Part shown: positions 39,430-49,759 of the stretch, one piece after another | Position numbering within the stretch: the first letter of the stretch is position 1 | How the letters are laid out: each line of letters begins with the position of its first letter | DNA from: Chloroflexota bacterium | GTDB lineage: Bacteria > Chloroflexota > UBA11872 > VXOZ01 | Direction: 5' to 3' | Assembly (NCBI GenBank): GCA_963662335.2 | Contig: CAXXVD010000002.1 | Coordinates: 736,001 to 800,000 of the forward strand | DNA: 64,000 bases | The notes under the pieces: generated by a model | Database searches by the model: none | The model's input: the letters and a program-made list of their open reading frames with translations, nothing else | Told to the model about the DNA's origin: nothing | Program-made: the position numbers and the translations under genes

Positions 39430-41391
39430 ATGGCAGCAGAATCCGGCAGCACGATCGAAGCCCTATTGGAAGAGCAGCGCCTCTTTTCTCCACCGGAAGA
39501 GTTCGCCAAGAACGCCTACGTCAATGACGATGCCGTATTCGCGCAAGCCGCCGCCGATCCGGAAGCCTTCTGGGCCTCTATCGCGTCGGAGTTGCACTGG
39601 TTCAAGAAGTGGGACCAGGTGCTGGATGAATCCGATCCGCCGTTCTTCAAGTGGTTCGTCGGCGGCAAGCTCAACATCACCTACAACTGCATCGATCGCC
39701 ACCTGAACTCCTGGCGGCGCAACAAAGCCGCCATCATCTGGGAGGGCGAGCCGGGCGACCAGGTTGTCCTCACCTACTACGACCTCTGGCGCGAAGTCAG
39801 CAAGTTCGCCAACGCCCTCAAGGGCCTGGGCGTGAAGAAGGGCGACCGGGTGACGCTCTACATGGGCATGGTGCCGGAACTGGCAATCGCCATGCTTGCC
39901 TGCGCCCGCATCGGCGCGCCGCACAGCATCGTCTTCGGCGGCTTCAGCGCGGAAGCCCTGGCCGACCGCATCAATGACGCCCAGGGGAACGTGCTTGTCA
40001 CGTGCGACGGCGGCTGGCGGCGGGGCGGCATCGTGCCCCTGAAGCAGATGGCCGACGAGGCCGTGGAACGCTGCCCCACCATCGAAAACGTAGTCGTCGT
40101 GAAGCGCATCGGCGATGAAGCCGGTATCGAAATGAAAGAGGGCCGCGACCACTGGTGGCACGAACTGATGGCGGATGCTGATCTTCGCTGCGAGCCGGAA
40201 GAGATGGACGCCGAGGACATGCTCTACATCCTCTACACCAGCGGCACCACCGGCAAGCCCAAGGGCATCGTGCACACCACCGGCGGCTACTCCACGCAGA
40301 CCTACCTCACCACCAAGTGGGTCTTCGACATGAAAGACGACGACGTCTACTGGTGCACGGCGGACATCGGCTGGGTCACCGGCCACTCCTACATCATCTA
40401 CGGCCCGCTGCAGAACGGCGCAACGACGGTCATGTACGAGGGCGCGCCGGACTTTCCGGGCCGCGACCGCTTCTGGGACGTGGTGGAGAAGTACGGCGTC
40501 ACCATTCTCTACACCGCGCCGACCGCCATCCGCGCCTTCATGCGCTGGGGCGAGGAGTATCCGGCAATGCACGATATGTCGAGCCTGCGCCTGCTCGGCT
40601 CGGTGGGCGAACCGATCAACCCGGAAGCCTGGATTTGGTACCACGAGAACATCGGCGGCGAACGCTGTCCGATCGTGGACACCTGGTGGCAGACCGAAAC
40701 CGGCGCGATTCTGATCACGCCGTTGCCCGGCTACACCACCACCAAGCCCGGCTCAGCCACCCGCACGTTCCCCGGCATCCAGGCGGCCATCTTGGACGAG
40801 GCCGGCAACGAGGTGCCGGAGGGCGGCGGCTACCTGGTCATTCAACGTCCGTGGCCCTCGATGCTGCGCACGATCTACGGCGACCCGGAACGCTTCAAGG
40901 ACCAGTACTGGAGCCGCTACCCCGGCATCTACTTCACCGGCGACGGCGCTAAGGTCGATTCAGACGGCTATTACTGGGTGCTGGGCCGGGTGGACGACGT
41001 GATGAACGTGGCCGGGCACCGCCTCTCGACGATGGAAATCGAGAGCGCGCTGGTGGACCACCAGTCGGTGGCGGAAGCGGCCGTGATCGGCAAGACCCAC
41101 GAACTGAAAGGCCAGGCGGTCTCGGCGTTCGTGCTCCTGAAAGAGGGCATCGACCCGGGCGATACGCTGCTGGACGAACTGAAGAAGCACGTGGCGCAGA
41201 AGATTGGGCCGATTGCGCGCCCCGACGACATCTTCTTCACTGCCGACCTGCCCAAGACCCGCAGCGGCAAGATCATGCGCCGCCTCCTGCGCGACGTGGC
41301 CGAAGGCCGCGCCCTGGGCGATACGACGACGCTGCTGGACGCCAACGTGGTGGAGAACCTGCGCGGGCAGTACGAGGATTCCGAGGGCTAA
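39430..41391 (+). CDS. acs: Acetyl-CoA synthetase (acetate--CoA ligase)
   Basis: [56 protein letters not shown]; GGAGG RBS before ATG 39430. Confidence 0.97.
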   Translation: MAAESGSTIEALLEEQRLFSPPEEFAKNAYVNDDAVFAQAAADPEAFWASIASELHWFKKWDQVLDESDPPFFKWFVGGKLNITYNCIDRHLNSWRRNKAAIIWEGEPGDQVVLTYYDLWREVSKFANALKGLGVKKGDRVTLYMGMVPELAIAMLACARIGAPHSIVFGGFSAEALADRINDAQGNVLVTCDGGWRRGGIVPLKQMADEAVERCPTIENVVVVKRIGDEAGIEMKEGRDHWWHELMADADLRCEPEEMDAEDMLYILYTSGTTGKPKGIVHTTGGYSTQTYLTTKWVFDMKDDDVYWCTADIGWVTGHSYIIYGPLQNGATTVMYEGAPDFPGRDRFWDVVEKYGVTILYTAPTAIRAFMRWGEEYPAMHDMSSLRLLGSVGEPINPEAWIWYHENIGGERCPIVDTWWQTETGAILITPLPGYTTTKPGSATRTFPGIQAAILDEAGNEVPEGGGYLVIQRPWPSMLRTIYGDPERFKDQYWSRYPGIYFTGDGAKVDSDGYYWVLGRVDDVMNVAGHRLSTMEIESALVDHQSVAEAAVIGKTHELKGQAVSAFVLLKEGIDPGDTLLDELKKHVAQKIGPIARPDDIFFTADLPKTRSGKIMRRLLRDVAEGRALGDTTTLLDANVVENLRGQYEDSEG

Positions 41392-41443
41392 CGACGAGCG
41401 GGCTGCCGATATTACATTTAGGCGCGAGTTGAAGTGCAACGGC

Positions 41444-41482
41444 AACAACGGGCTTCGCGAAAACGTCGTGGAGCCCGTTGTT
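41444..41482 (+). terminator. Probable intrinsic terminator after acs
   Basis: AACAACGGGCT...AGCCCGTTGTT stem followed by TCGTCTT. Confidence 0.45.
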
Positions 41483-41505
41483 TCGTCTTACCGTGCTCAC
41501 GCTTC

Positions 41506-41700
41506 ATGTCATTCCGAGCGTAGCGAGGAATCTAGAGCGCAGCGAGGGATTCATAGCGTAGCGCGGGGGCTTGTCCCCCGCAAACGCGCAAATCTCCGTT
41601 CGTGCTGAGCTTGTCGAAGCATGAACGGAGCCTTGCCCGTTCTGAGTCTCTGCGCGCGCAACCCGCCGTTCACCCTTCGACGCCGCTCAGGGCGAACGGC
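41506..41700. repeat. Mixed REP cluster (three families)
   Basis: TGTCATTCCGAGCGTAGCGAGGAATCT, GTAGCGCGGGGGCTTGTCCCCCGC (41558-41581), CCGTTCGTGCTGAGCTTGTCGAAGCATGAACGG and an inverted relative. Confidence 0.85.
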
Positions 41701-41843
41701 TTGGTGGACGACTATCCTCGGTTGGCAACTCTCTTGGTATAAAAAAACTCCGCTGCCCAGGCAACGGAGGATCATCCAAGCGAGAAAATGTCCTGCGAGA
41801 GCGACCTGCGAAAATGTCGGCGCGGAGAGCACTCGCGCGGCCT

Positions 41844-42221
41844 CTACTTCACGGCAACGCCGCCGCCGGACGCCACGGCATCTTCGACAACCGGATTGAG
41901 CCACCGTTCGCCGTACGCGCGCATCACTTCCAGCACCGGCACCAGGGCGGCGCCTTTTTCGGTCAGGGCGTACTCCACGCGCGGCGGAATTTCGGCGTAG
42001 GCGCGGCGGGTGATGATCTGCTCTTCTTCCAGCGTACGGAGGCGTTCGACGAGGGTATTGGGGCTAATGCCCTCGAGGGAGCGTTCCAGGGTGCAGAAGC
42101 GCTGGGGGCAGGCGGCGAGGTCGCGCAGGATGAGGAGCGTCCAGCGCCCGCAAATCAAAGACGCGGTGCGCGCAATGGCGCATTCGGCATCCCTGTCGGA
42201 ACAGCGCGTGGACATGGCCAT
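41844..42221 (-). CDS. HxlR-family winged-helix transcriptional regulator
   Basis: CAIARTASLICGRWTLLILRDL..RF..L..GIS..L..RLR.LE, PPRVEYALTEKG. Confidence 0.9.
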   Translation of the reverse strand: MAMSTRCSDRDAECAIARTASLICGRWTLLILRDLAACPQRFCTLERSLEGISPNTLVERLRTLEEEQIITRRAYAEIPPRVEYALTEKGAALVPVLEVMRAYGERWLNPVVEDAVASGGGVAVK

Positions 42222-42328
42222 GCTTGCACTCCACTGTGGGCGGACTGCCCGCCCGTGCGTTCGCGCCACTTCGATTCGATTGTAGCGCAGTTTTGGCATG
42301 ACGGTCAAACGACCGGCCGCTTGCACTG

Positions 42329-42624
42329 CGCGACAGCATTGGGGCTTGTTTGCCAAGAGGCGGGGGACAAGCCCCCGCGCTACGTTAGTGATTGACAGTC
42401 CATGTCACTCCGAGCGCAGCGAGGAGTCTCGTGCCGTGCTCTAGGCAGTCTGCAGCTCCAGCACACGAGATTCCTCACTGCGCTGCGCTCCGTTCGGAAT
42501 GACAGGAATGCCGCGCTCCGTTCGGAATGACAAGAAAGCCGCGTTCCGTTCGGAAGGACAGGAGTGTTGCGCTTCGTTCGGAGTGACAAAAGTGTTGCGC
42601 TCCGTTCGGAATGACAAAAGTGCC
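42329..42624. repeat. REP cluster: MITE-A end remnant, REP A, TGTCA-type doublet and a 28-bp tandem array (5 copies)
   Basis: GCGCTCCGTTCGGAATGACA+8 nt units at 42485, 42513, 42541, 42569, 42597. Confidence 0.88.
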
Positions 42625-42714
42625 AATACAACAAAACGGTCAAGCCTAAAGCCACCGAGGCCGAAGCAAGTTGCAGTTGACGACTCTACCCGCCATGCGC
42701 TATAAGAAATCGGG

Positions 42715-43209
42715 GTGGCACAGAAGTGTAGGTGCGCTTTGGCAATACGGCTTGGCATACGAATACTTGTCCTCCTTGTAATCTGCCTGGTACCGGCAAC
42801 ACCGGCTGCGGCCTTCTCATTCGTTGTCGAGCAAGAAGACGGCACGTTGACGAACCTGACGCGCTTCCGGCCGCCGGCCTTCCGGCGCGATCTTTCGGAA
42901 TATACCGTAATCCAGGTGGAGTACGGCAACGCCACGTACTACCATCCGTCGCTGCACGGCGGCACCATGGCCAACGGCGAAATCTACAGCCGTTACGACC
43001 CCATCATTGCCGCCAGCCCGTTCTTCCCGCTGGGATCCGTGGTGCGCGTCACCCGGCTTGCGACCGGGGCGAGCATCGTCGTCATCGTGAAAGACCGCGC
43101 GCCGTCGCCGGGCTTCATGTGGATCGACCTGAGCGAAGCGGCGTTCATCCAGTTGGCGCCCTTCATCACCGGCCGCTTCGACGTGCAAATCGAAATCCTG
43201 AGCAAGTGA
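42715..43209 (+). CDS. rlpA: RlpA-like double-psi beta-barrel protein (septal ring lytic transglycosylase family)
   Basis: Signal peptide; GNATYY..LHGGTMANGE, PLGSVVRVT, VKDRAP, IDLSEAAF. Confidence 0.78.
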   Translation: MAQKCRCALAIRLGIRILVLLVICLVPATPAAAFSFVVEQEDGTLTNLTRFRPPAFRRDLSEYTVIQVEYGNATYYHPSLHGGTMANGEIYSRYDPIIAASPFFPLGSVVRVTRLATGASIVVIVKDRAPSPGFMWIDLSEAAFIQLAPFITGRFDVQIEILSK

Positions 43210-43243
43210 CCGCAGCCTACGTTTCGCGCCACCTCGCACTGTC

Positions 43244-44212
43244 ATGAAAACTACCGCGCACGCCATCGAACCGCTTACGCCCGTGCCTGAGCACGTGCTC
43301 GGCGTCCGCGAAGAGCTAAACCTGCTCACGTACGGCCCCAGCGAGATTCTGCTTGCCACGGCCGGCGGCGAGATTGCCGGCGCGGTGCGCCTGGCGCTGC
43401 GGGAGGACCCGCGCCGCCGCCACGGCCTCATCGCCGACCTGGCCGCGCACGAGGACTACGACCGCAAGGCGATTGCCGCAGACCTCATCGCCGCCGCCGA
43501 GGAGCGCCTGAAGGCGCGGGGCGTGACCAAGATCGACGCGATCGTGCGCGATGGCGAGGGCGCCACCGTGCCTTTCTACGAGCGCGGCTACTGGGCCGCC
43601 CGCAAGATGGTGCTGCTGACGTGGGACCTCGGCGGACTCGAAGCGCTTGAGTCGAGCGACGAATTTTCGATTGAAGAGCACGCCGCGCCCGACCCGGCGT
43701 TCCTCACGGACTTCGCGCTCGAAAGCTACCAACCCTACTGGCGCTGGTGGAAAGAGTATAAAGAGGACACGCGCTGGCACCGGGTGGAATACCCGGCTGA
43801 GCCGGAAGCGCCGCCGAGCGCGGAACTCGCCCAGGAGATGCGTGACCGCGTGGCGGCGCGTGTTGCTGCGTTCGGCGGGGCCGCGCCGCAGACGCTTTTT
43901 ACCGCGCGGCTGGACGGCGAGGTAGTGGCTCTCTGCGACGCCAAAGCCGCGGCGGACGACGTCACGTTCGATTGGGGCCTCCTCGTGCGCCGGGACTATG
44001 GCGGACGCCGCATCGGCTCGGCCCTGCTCGGGCACGCGCTCCACTGGCTCAAGGCGCGGGGCCTGGAGACCGCGCGCATCGTCACCACCTCCGGCCTGGA
44101 CGACTATGATCCGACGGTCTATCTCTACGCCGCCGCCCACGGCGGCGCGATTAGGGCAGAATACCTGAACCTGGTGAAGAGACGGCTGCACAGCGGCAGC
44201 AGGCCGGGGTGA
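43244..44212 (+). CDS. Tandem GNAT-family N-acetyltransferase
   Basis: Two acetyl-CoA-binding-like motifs (DYDRKAIAADL...FYERGY and DYGGRRIGSALL...LY). Confidence 0.75.
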   Translation: MKTTAHAIEPLTPVPEHVLGVREELNLLTYGPSEILLATAGGEIAGAVRLALREDPRRRHGLIADLAAHEDYDRKAIAADLIAAAEERLKARGVTKIDAIVRDGEGATVPFYERGYWAARKMVLLTWDLGGLEALESSDEFSIEEHAAPDPAFLTDFALESYQPYWRWWKEYKEDTRWHRVEYPAEPEAPPSAELAQEMRDRVAARVAAFGGAAPQTLFTARLDGEVVALCDAKAAADDVTFDWGLLVRRDYGGRRIGSALLGHALHWLKARGLETARIVTTSGLDDYDPTVYLYAAAHGGAIRAEYLNLVKRRLHSGSRPG

Positions 44213-44258
44213 GCGCTGCGGCTACGCGGCAAACACCGTTTCGGCCTTCATCGAAAAC

Positions 44259-44286
44259 TTGACGGGTGTGGCGAAGCGTGTACACT
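44259..44286 (+). promoter_or_regulatory. Putative promoter of the peptide ABC operon
   Basis: TTGACG-16 bp-TACACT. Confidence 0.5.
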
Positions 44287-44395
44287 AAGGGCGTGACGCG
44301 CGTTGCCGCGGCGGTTCTCACGCTGAGGGATCAGCGGCAAGGCGCAAGGCAGGGGTGTTGCGGGAAGAATTTAGTCAGGAGAAGGAGGAGTTGCG

Positions 44396-46375
44396 GTGTT
44401 TAGGTCAATGTGGATGAGAGCGGCCGTCTTCGTGGTCGCCGTCTTGGCGGCGGCGGCGCTGGCGGCCTGCGCGCAGGAACCGGCGGCCATGCCGGAGGCC
44501 GCGCCGGAGCAAGAAGCGGAAGCGGCCGCGGAACCGGCCGCGCCGCAGGTCTACCGCATGGGCATCTTCGAGGAGCCCATTACGCGGAACTTCTGGAACT
44601 ACTACGGCGGCCCCGGCGGCTCGGTGTGGACGCAATACGTCCTGAGCGGCTGGGCCGGCGGCCTCTACGGCTACTCCGACCAGAACTTCGAGTGGGTGCC
44701 GAGTCTGGCGGCGGACTTCCCCACCGATCTGCAAAAAGAGACCGTTGACGGCACGGAATACTGGACCACCGAGGTGCCCCTTCGCCAGGGCATCATGTGG
44801 AGCGACGGCGAGGAACTGACGGCGGACGACGTCATCTTCACCGCGCACACCGTGCTGGAGATGGGCATTAGCGGCAACTTTGGCGCGGCGGTGGACCCGG
44901 CCTTCGTCGAACGCATCGAGGCCCTGGACAGCCATCGCATCAAGATCTTCTTCAAGGCGGCCGACGCTGACGGGAACCCGCAGACGCCCGGCCTGAGCGT
45001 GTGGCAGTTCGGCCTGGCTTTCATGCCGATTCTGCCGGAGCACTACTGGGCGCCGGTGGTCGCTGAGGCCAAGAAAGCCGGCGAAGCCGAGGCGCAGATT
45101 GAAGCGCTGATGGCCCACGTGCCCGAGAACGACCCCACCCTGGGCGGCTTCATGTTTGGCAGGTGGGAGCCCGGCGCGTTCATCGAGAACGCCAAGGTTG
45201 AGAACTACTACGCCACCGGCTCGGTCATCACGCGGTACGCCAGCGGCACGCTGCAAGAGGTGAACGAGCGGCTGGGCTACACCGCTACCTACTTCGGCGA
45301 GCCCGGCGGCGACAAGGAACTGGAGTACACGGTCGGCCCCCACGTGGATTCGGCCCTCTTCAGCATCTACGGCAACCAGGACGCGGCCATTCTGGCCCTG
45401 ACCAAGGGCGACATCGACTACGTCTTCAATCCCTTGGGCCTGGAGAAGGGTTTCCGCGAGCGCATCCAGGCGGCGGGCGACCTGGAAATCGTCACCAACC
45501 TGGATAACGGCATGTTCTACCTGGGCTTCAACGTGCGCAAGGAGCCCATGAGCATCCGCGAGTTCCGGCAAGCGGTGGCGGTCATGATCGACAAGGAGTT
45601 CGTGACCCAGACCGTGCTGCAGGGCGCGGCCATCCCGGCGTACTCCATGGTGCCGCCCGGCAACGCGGCCTGGTTCAACGCCGATACGGCCAAATTGGGC
45701 GCGGGCATGAGCAGAGGCGAACGGCTGGCGGAGGCGGTTGCGTTGCTCAAGAGCGCCGGCTTCACCTTTGAGGAAGAGCCGGAGATCAGTGAGGACGGCA
45801 ACTTCGTGGCCAAGGCCGGCAAGGGCCTGAAGATGCCCGACGGCTCCGACGTGCCGGCGCTGACCATCATCGCGCCCAGCGCGGGCTACGACCCGCTGCG
45901 CGCCACGTTCGCCATCTGGATCGAGCGCTGGTTGAACGACGTGGGCATCCCGGTGCGGGCCAACCTCACCGGTTTCAACGTCATCGTGGGCGTGCTCTTC
46001 AGCGATACGGTGCAAGAAGACCTGGACATGTGGATCCTGGGCTGGAGCCTGAGCCTCTTCCCGGACTACCTGGAGGTCTTCTTCAATAGCCGCCGCGCGC
46101 CGGAGAACGAGGGCGGCTACAACTGGGGCGGCTATGCCAATCCTGAGTTCGACACCATCTCGTTCAGCCTGCTCTCCGAGACAACCATCGAGGGCGCGCG
46201 CGACAAGGTCTTCCAGTTGCAGGAATTCCTGGCCGAAGACCTGCCGTACGTGACGCTCTTCACCGTGCCCAAGCTGGATTCCTACCGGCCGGGCAGCGTC
46301 GAGTACCCGTACACTGAGGTCCTCGGCGGACTGGAAGGCGTGGGCGGCATGCAGACGGCGGTGCAGGTGAAGTAG
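44396..46375 (+). CDS. Opp/Dpp-type ABC transporter substrate-binding lipoprotein
   Basis: Lipobox LAAC, WVPSLA, LRQGIMWSDGEELTADDVIFT, YLGFN, FRQAVA, EDLPYVTLF. Confidence 0.9.
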   Translation: MFRSMWMRAAVFVVAVLAAAALAACAQEPAAMPEAAPEQEAEAAAEPAAPQVYRMGIFEEPITRNFWNYYGGPGGSVWTQYVLSGWAGGLYGYSDQNFEWVPSLAADFPTDLQKETVDGTEYWTTEVPLRQGIMWSDGEELTADDVIFTAHTVLEMGISGNFGAAVDPAFVERIEALDSHRIKIFFKAADADGNPQTPGLSVWQFGLAFMPILPEHYWAPVVAEAKKAGEAEAQIEALMAHVPENDPTLGGFMFGRWEPGAFIENAKVENYYATGSVITRYASGTLQEVNERLGYTATYFGEPGGDKELEYTVGPHVDSALFSIYGNQDAAILALTKGDIDYVFNPLGLEKGFRERIQAAGDLEIVTNLDNGMFYLGFNVRKEPMSIREFRQAVAVMIDKEFVTQTVLQGAAIPAYSMVPPGNAAWFNADTAKLGAGMSRGERLAEAVALLKSAGFTFEEEPEISEDGNFVAKAGKGLKMPDGSDVPALTIIAPSAGYDPLRATFAIWIERWLNDVGIPVRANLTGFNVIVGVLFSDTVQEDLDMWILGWSLSLFPDYLEVFFNSRRAPENEGGYNWGGYANPEFDTISFSLLSETTIEGARDKVFQLQEFLAEDLPYVTLFTVPKLDSYRPGSVEYPYTEVLGGLEGVGGMQTAVQVK

Positions 46376-46594
46376 CAACGGCGAGAATCCGCAAAGGCGT
46401 TTGACGCCCGTTGAGGAATCTGACGCCTGCGCAGAATCTGACCCGCTGCGATTGCGCGGTTTACGACGGGTAGGGGCACGACGTGTCGTGCCCCTACCCG
46501 TTTAAGGCTGTGGCGCGTCGGTTTGACTACGGCGCCGCAACCGTCAATAATGGGGCGCAATACATATCCACGCGCTTGACCGGGGAATTGGCGG

Positions 46595-47743
46595 ATGGCT
46601 GCCTATCTAATTAGCAGAACCCTGCAGATACTATTGACGCTCTTCGCGTTCATCTGCATCGTCTTCTTCCTCGTCAACGCGCAGCCGGGCGACATCAGCA
46701 ACGTCTACGCCATGAACCCCGAGTTGCCGCCGGATGCCCGCGAGCGGCTGCAAAACCAGTTTGGGCTCAACCAGCCGTTGTGGCAGCAATTCCTGGTGTA
46801 CGTCAAGAACATCCTCACCGGCAGTCTGGGCGTCTCGTTCACCCACTATCCCCGCAGCGTCATGGACGTGATTGCCGAGCGCCTGCCGCGCACGGTGGCG
46901 CTCTTCATGACGGCCACGATCTTCTCCTTCTACCTGGGTTTCCTGCTGGGCAAGATCATCGCCTGGAAGCGCGGCGGCTGGACCGAATACGCCACCACCC
47001 TGGGCGGCGTGACGCTCTACACGGTCTTTACGCCCTGGTTCGCCCTGATGATGATCTGGCTCTTCGCCTTCAAGGCCGGCTGGTTCCCCATCGGCAAGTT
47101 TCTGGACCCGGTCTTGTGGCGGGACGCGCCGCTGGCGGCGAACACGTTGTTTGGCCGCATGATGCTGACGGCGTTGGCGCTCTCCATCGTCGTCTTCGCC
47201 GTCTTTCTGGTCACCACGCGGCGGCGCATGGCCGGCGCGCGCTTCATTCAACTCGGCAGCCTCATCGCCGCCGTCGGCGTGATGCTCGGCGCGTGGTGGC
47301 TGACCGGTGTCGGCCATTTGGCCTGGGACATCGTGAAGCACATGATCTTGCCCGTGTTCACGCTCACCCTCATCAGCTTTGCCGGCACCATGCTGCTCAC
47401 GCGCAACAGCATGTTGGAGACCATGCGCGAGGACTTCGTGCTGGCGGCCCGCGCCAAGGGCCTGCCGGATAAAGCCGTGCGCGACCGGCACGTGGCGCGC
47501 AACGCCCTGCTGCCGGTGGTCACCAGCCTGGTTTTCAGCCTGGCGTTCGCCGTGGACGGCGGCGTGATTATCGAATCGGTATTCTCCTGGCCCGGCATGG
47601 GGCAGACGCTGGTGGCGGCGGCGATTTCGGAAGACCTGCCGCTGGCGGTGGGCGCGTTCGTCTTCGTCGGCATCTTCGTCCTGCTGGCCCACCTGGCCGT
47701 GGACGTGCTCTACGTCTACCTTGACCCAAGGATTCGCTACTAA
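46595..47743 (+). CDS. Opp/Dpp ABC permease (OppB-like)
   Basis: FGLNQPLWQQF, ERLPRT, EDFVLAARAKGL, RHVARNALLP, ESVFSWPGMG. Confidence 0.92.
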   Translation: MAAYLISRTLQILLTLFAFICIVFFLVNAQPGDISNVYAMNPELPPDARERLQNQFGLNQPLWQQFLVYVKNILTGSLGVSFTHYPRSVMDVIAERLPRTVALFMTATIFSFYLGFLLGKIIAWKRGGWTEYATTLGGVTLYTVFTPWFALMMIWLFAFKAGWFPIGKFLDPVLWRDAPLAANTLFGRMMLTALALSIVVFAVFLVTTRRRMAGARFIQLGSLIAAVGVMLGAWWLTGVGHLAWDIVKHMILPVFTLTLISFAGTMLLTRNSMLETMREDFVLAARAKGLPDKAVRDRHVARNALLPVVTSLVFSLAFAVDGGVIIESVFSWPGMGQTLVAAAISEDLPLAVGAFVFVGIFVLLAHLAVDVLYVYLDPRIRY

Positions 47744-48693
47744 TGGCCGTGGAAGCAACACCGCAACCGGCCGCGCCGTCGCTGCGCAAAGTGCGGCTCG
47801 GCCTGGCGGCGCGCAGCCTGCGCGAAAACTGGTCGCTCTTCGTCAGCACGCGCATCGGGCTGATCGGGTTGACCGTGATCCTCTTCTATATGTTGCTCGC
47901 GCTGGCGCATCCCATTCTGATGAACACCGTGTGGGACGAGCGCATCTACGACCCGGTGGTGGGCTACGCCTTCGATGAGACCCGCCAACCGGCGCCGCCC
48001 AGCCGCAGCCACCTGCTGGGCACGGACCCCCTGGGCCGTGACATCCTGAGCCAACTGATGTACAGCACCCGCACGGAATTCCTGCTGGGGCTGCTGGCCG
48101 CCATCGTCACCGTCGTGATCGGCACCACCGTCGGCGCGATCGCCGCCTACTACGGCGGTGTGATCGATACCCTCCTGATGCGCTTTGCAGACATCATGGT
48201 GATGATGCCGGGCATCAGCATCCTCATCGTCTTGAGCGCGCTGATTGGCGTGGAACACCTGGAGTTGGCGCTCATCATCGGCATCTTATCGGGTTTTGGC
48301 GGCGCGAGCATTCTCTTGAAGTCACAGGCGCTTTCCGTGGTTGTCAAGCCGTATATCGAAGCGGCACGCGCGGCCGGCGGCGGCCCGGCGCACATCATCT
48401 TCATCCACATCGTGCCCAACCTGCTGCCGCTTTCGTTCCTCTACATGATGTTCACCGTCACCGGCGCGATCTTCTCGGAAGCGGTCTTGAGTTTTCTCGG
48501 CCTGCTGGACGTGCGCATGAGTTGGGGCCTGATGATCCACACCACCGAGGCCGCCGGCTACCTGCTGCAAGTCGGCGCGTACTGGTGGCTCATCTTCCCG
48601 GCCAGCCTCTCCATTACGCTGCTCTGCTCCTCGTTCTACCTGGTGGGGCGCGCCATGGATGAGGTGATCAACCCCAGATTGCGGCGCTTATGA
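47743..48693 (+). CDS. Opp/Dpp ABC permease (OppC-like)
   Basis: HLLGTDPLGRDI, YIEAARAAG, HIVPN, EAVLSFLGL, NPRLR. Confidence 0.92.
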   Translation: MAVEATPQPAAPSLRKVRLGLAARSLRENWSLFVSTRIGLIGLTVILFYMLLALAHPILMNTVWDERIYDPVVGYAFDETRQPAPPSRSHLLGTDPLGRDILSQLMYSTRTEFLLGLLAAIVTVVIGTTVGAIAAYYGGVIDTLLMRFADIMVMMPGISILIVLSALIGVEHLELALIIGILSGFGGASILLKSQALSVVVKPYIEAARAAGGGPAHIIFIHIVPNLLPLSFLYMMFTVTGAIFSEAVLSFLGLLDVRMSWGLMIHTTEAAGYLLQVGAYWWLIFPASLSITLLCSSFYLVGRAMDEVINPRLRRL

Positions 48694-49655
48694 GCGGCGC
48701 TCCCCTGCTGGCCGTGGAAGACCTCACCCTGCACTACAACACGCGGGCCGGTGAAGTCTGCGCCGTGGACGGCGTTTCGCTCGCGCTGCACCGGGGCCAG
48801 TCGCTGGGACTGGTGGGGGAATCCGGCTGCGGCAAGTCGTCCCTGGCGCTGGCGCTGCTGCGGCTGCAGCCGGATAACGCGCGCATACTCGGCGGCAAGA
48901 TCCTGTTGGACGGCATAGACCTGGTCGCGCTTTCCGAGGATAAGATGCGTTCCTACCGCTGGGACCGTATCGCCATGGTCTTCCAATCGGCCATGAACGC
49001 CTTGGACCCGGTGTACCGCGTGGGCGACCAGATCATCGAGGCGCTGGAGGAGCACGTCAATGCGTCGCGGCCGGAAATGATCGAGCGCGTGCACGCGCTC
49101 TACGACCTGGTGAACCTTTCGCACAACTTCATTCCGCGCTATCCCCACGAGTACAGTGGCGGCATGAAGCAGCGCGCCATCATCGCCATGGCCCTGGCCT
49201 GCGAACCGGACCTCATCATCGCCGACGAGCCCACCACGGCCCTGGACGTGATCGTGCAAGACCACATTCTGCGCGAATTGCAGAATATCCGCGCGGAATT
49301 GAACATGAGCATGCTCTACATTTCGCACGACATGGCGGTGATTGCCGAGGTGAGCGACGTGGTGGCGGTGATGTACGCCGGCAAGATCGTGGAATACGGC
49401 ACGGCGGAAGAAGTCTTTGCCCGGCCCATTCACCCCTACACCCGCGCGTTGATGTCGGCCTTTCCCAGCGTGACCGGCGAGAAGCAGGAACTGGCGACCC
49501 TGGGCGGCGAGCCGCCAAACCCGCTGGAATTGCCGTCCGGCTGCCGCTTCCATCCGCGCTGCCCGCACGCGACCGAGAAGTGCGCCGAGCAGGAACCGCC
49601 CACCGTGCGCCGCGGCGCGCACTGGGCCGACTGCTGGCACCCACCGGAGGACTAG
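48690..49655 (+). CDS. Opp/Dpp ABC ATP-binding protein (OppD-like)
   Basis: GESGCGKS, YPHEYSGGMKQR, ADEPTTALD, HPYT, GCRFHPRC. Confidence 0.93.
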   Translation: MSGAPLLAVEDLTLHYNTRAGEVCAVDGVSLALHRGQSLGLVGESGCGKSSLALALLRLQPDNARILGGKILLDGIDLVALSEDKMRSYRWDRIAMVFQSAMNALDPVYRVGDQIIEALEEHVNASRPEMIERVHALYDLVNLSHNFIPRYPHEYSGGMKQRAIIAMALACEPDLIIADEPTTALDVIVQDHILRELQNIRAELNMSMLYISHDMAVIAEVSDVVAVMYAGKIVEYGTAEEVFARPIHPYTRALMSAFPSVTGEKQELATLGGEPPNPLELPSGCRFHPRCPHATEKCAEQEPPTVRRGAHWADCWHPPED

Positions 49656-49682
49656 AACCGATTTCAGATAACTCCGTTTAGA

Positions 49683-49720
49683 CCCCCTCTCCCTGAGGGA
49701 GAGGGCCGGGGCGAGGGTGA
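49683..49720. repeat. CCCCTCTCCC...GGGAGAGGG..GGGTGAGGG-type REP inside the ABC operon (family also at 11086-11120 and split around 23865-24025)
   Basis: CCCCTCTCCCTGAGGGAGAGGGCCGGGGCGAGGGTGA. Confidence 0.75.
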
Positions 49721-49759
49721 AGACGTAGAGCAAGTTTGCGTTGAAGAGGAATAGCGCCG

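Noticed and set aside
42485-42624. CRISPR-like array (20-bp repeat + 8-nt variable part); likewise 8617-8750 and 11122-11551
   Set aside because: Spacers far too short or near-identical to each other, repeats are REP fragments, no cas genes
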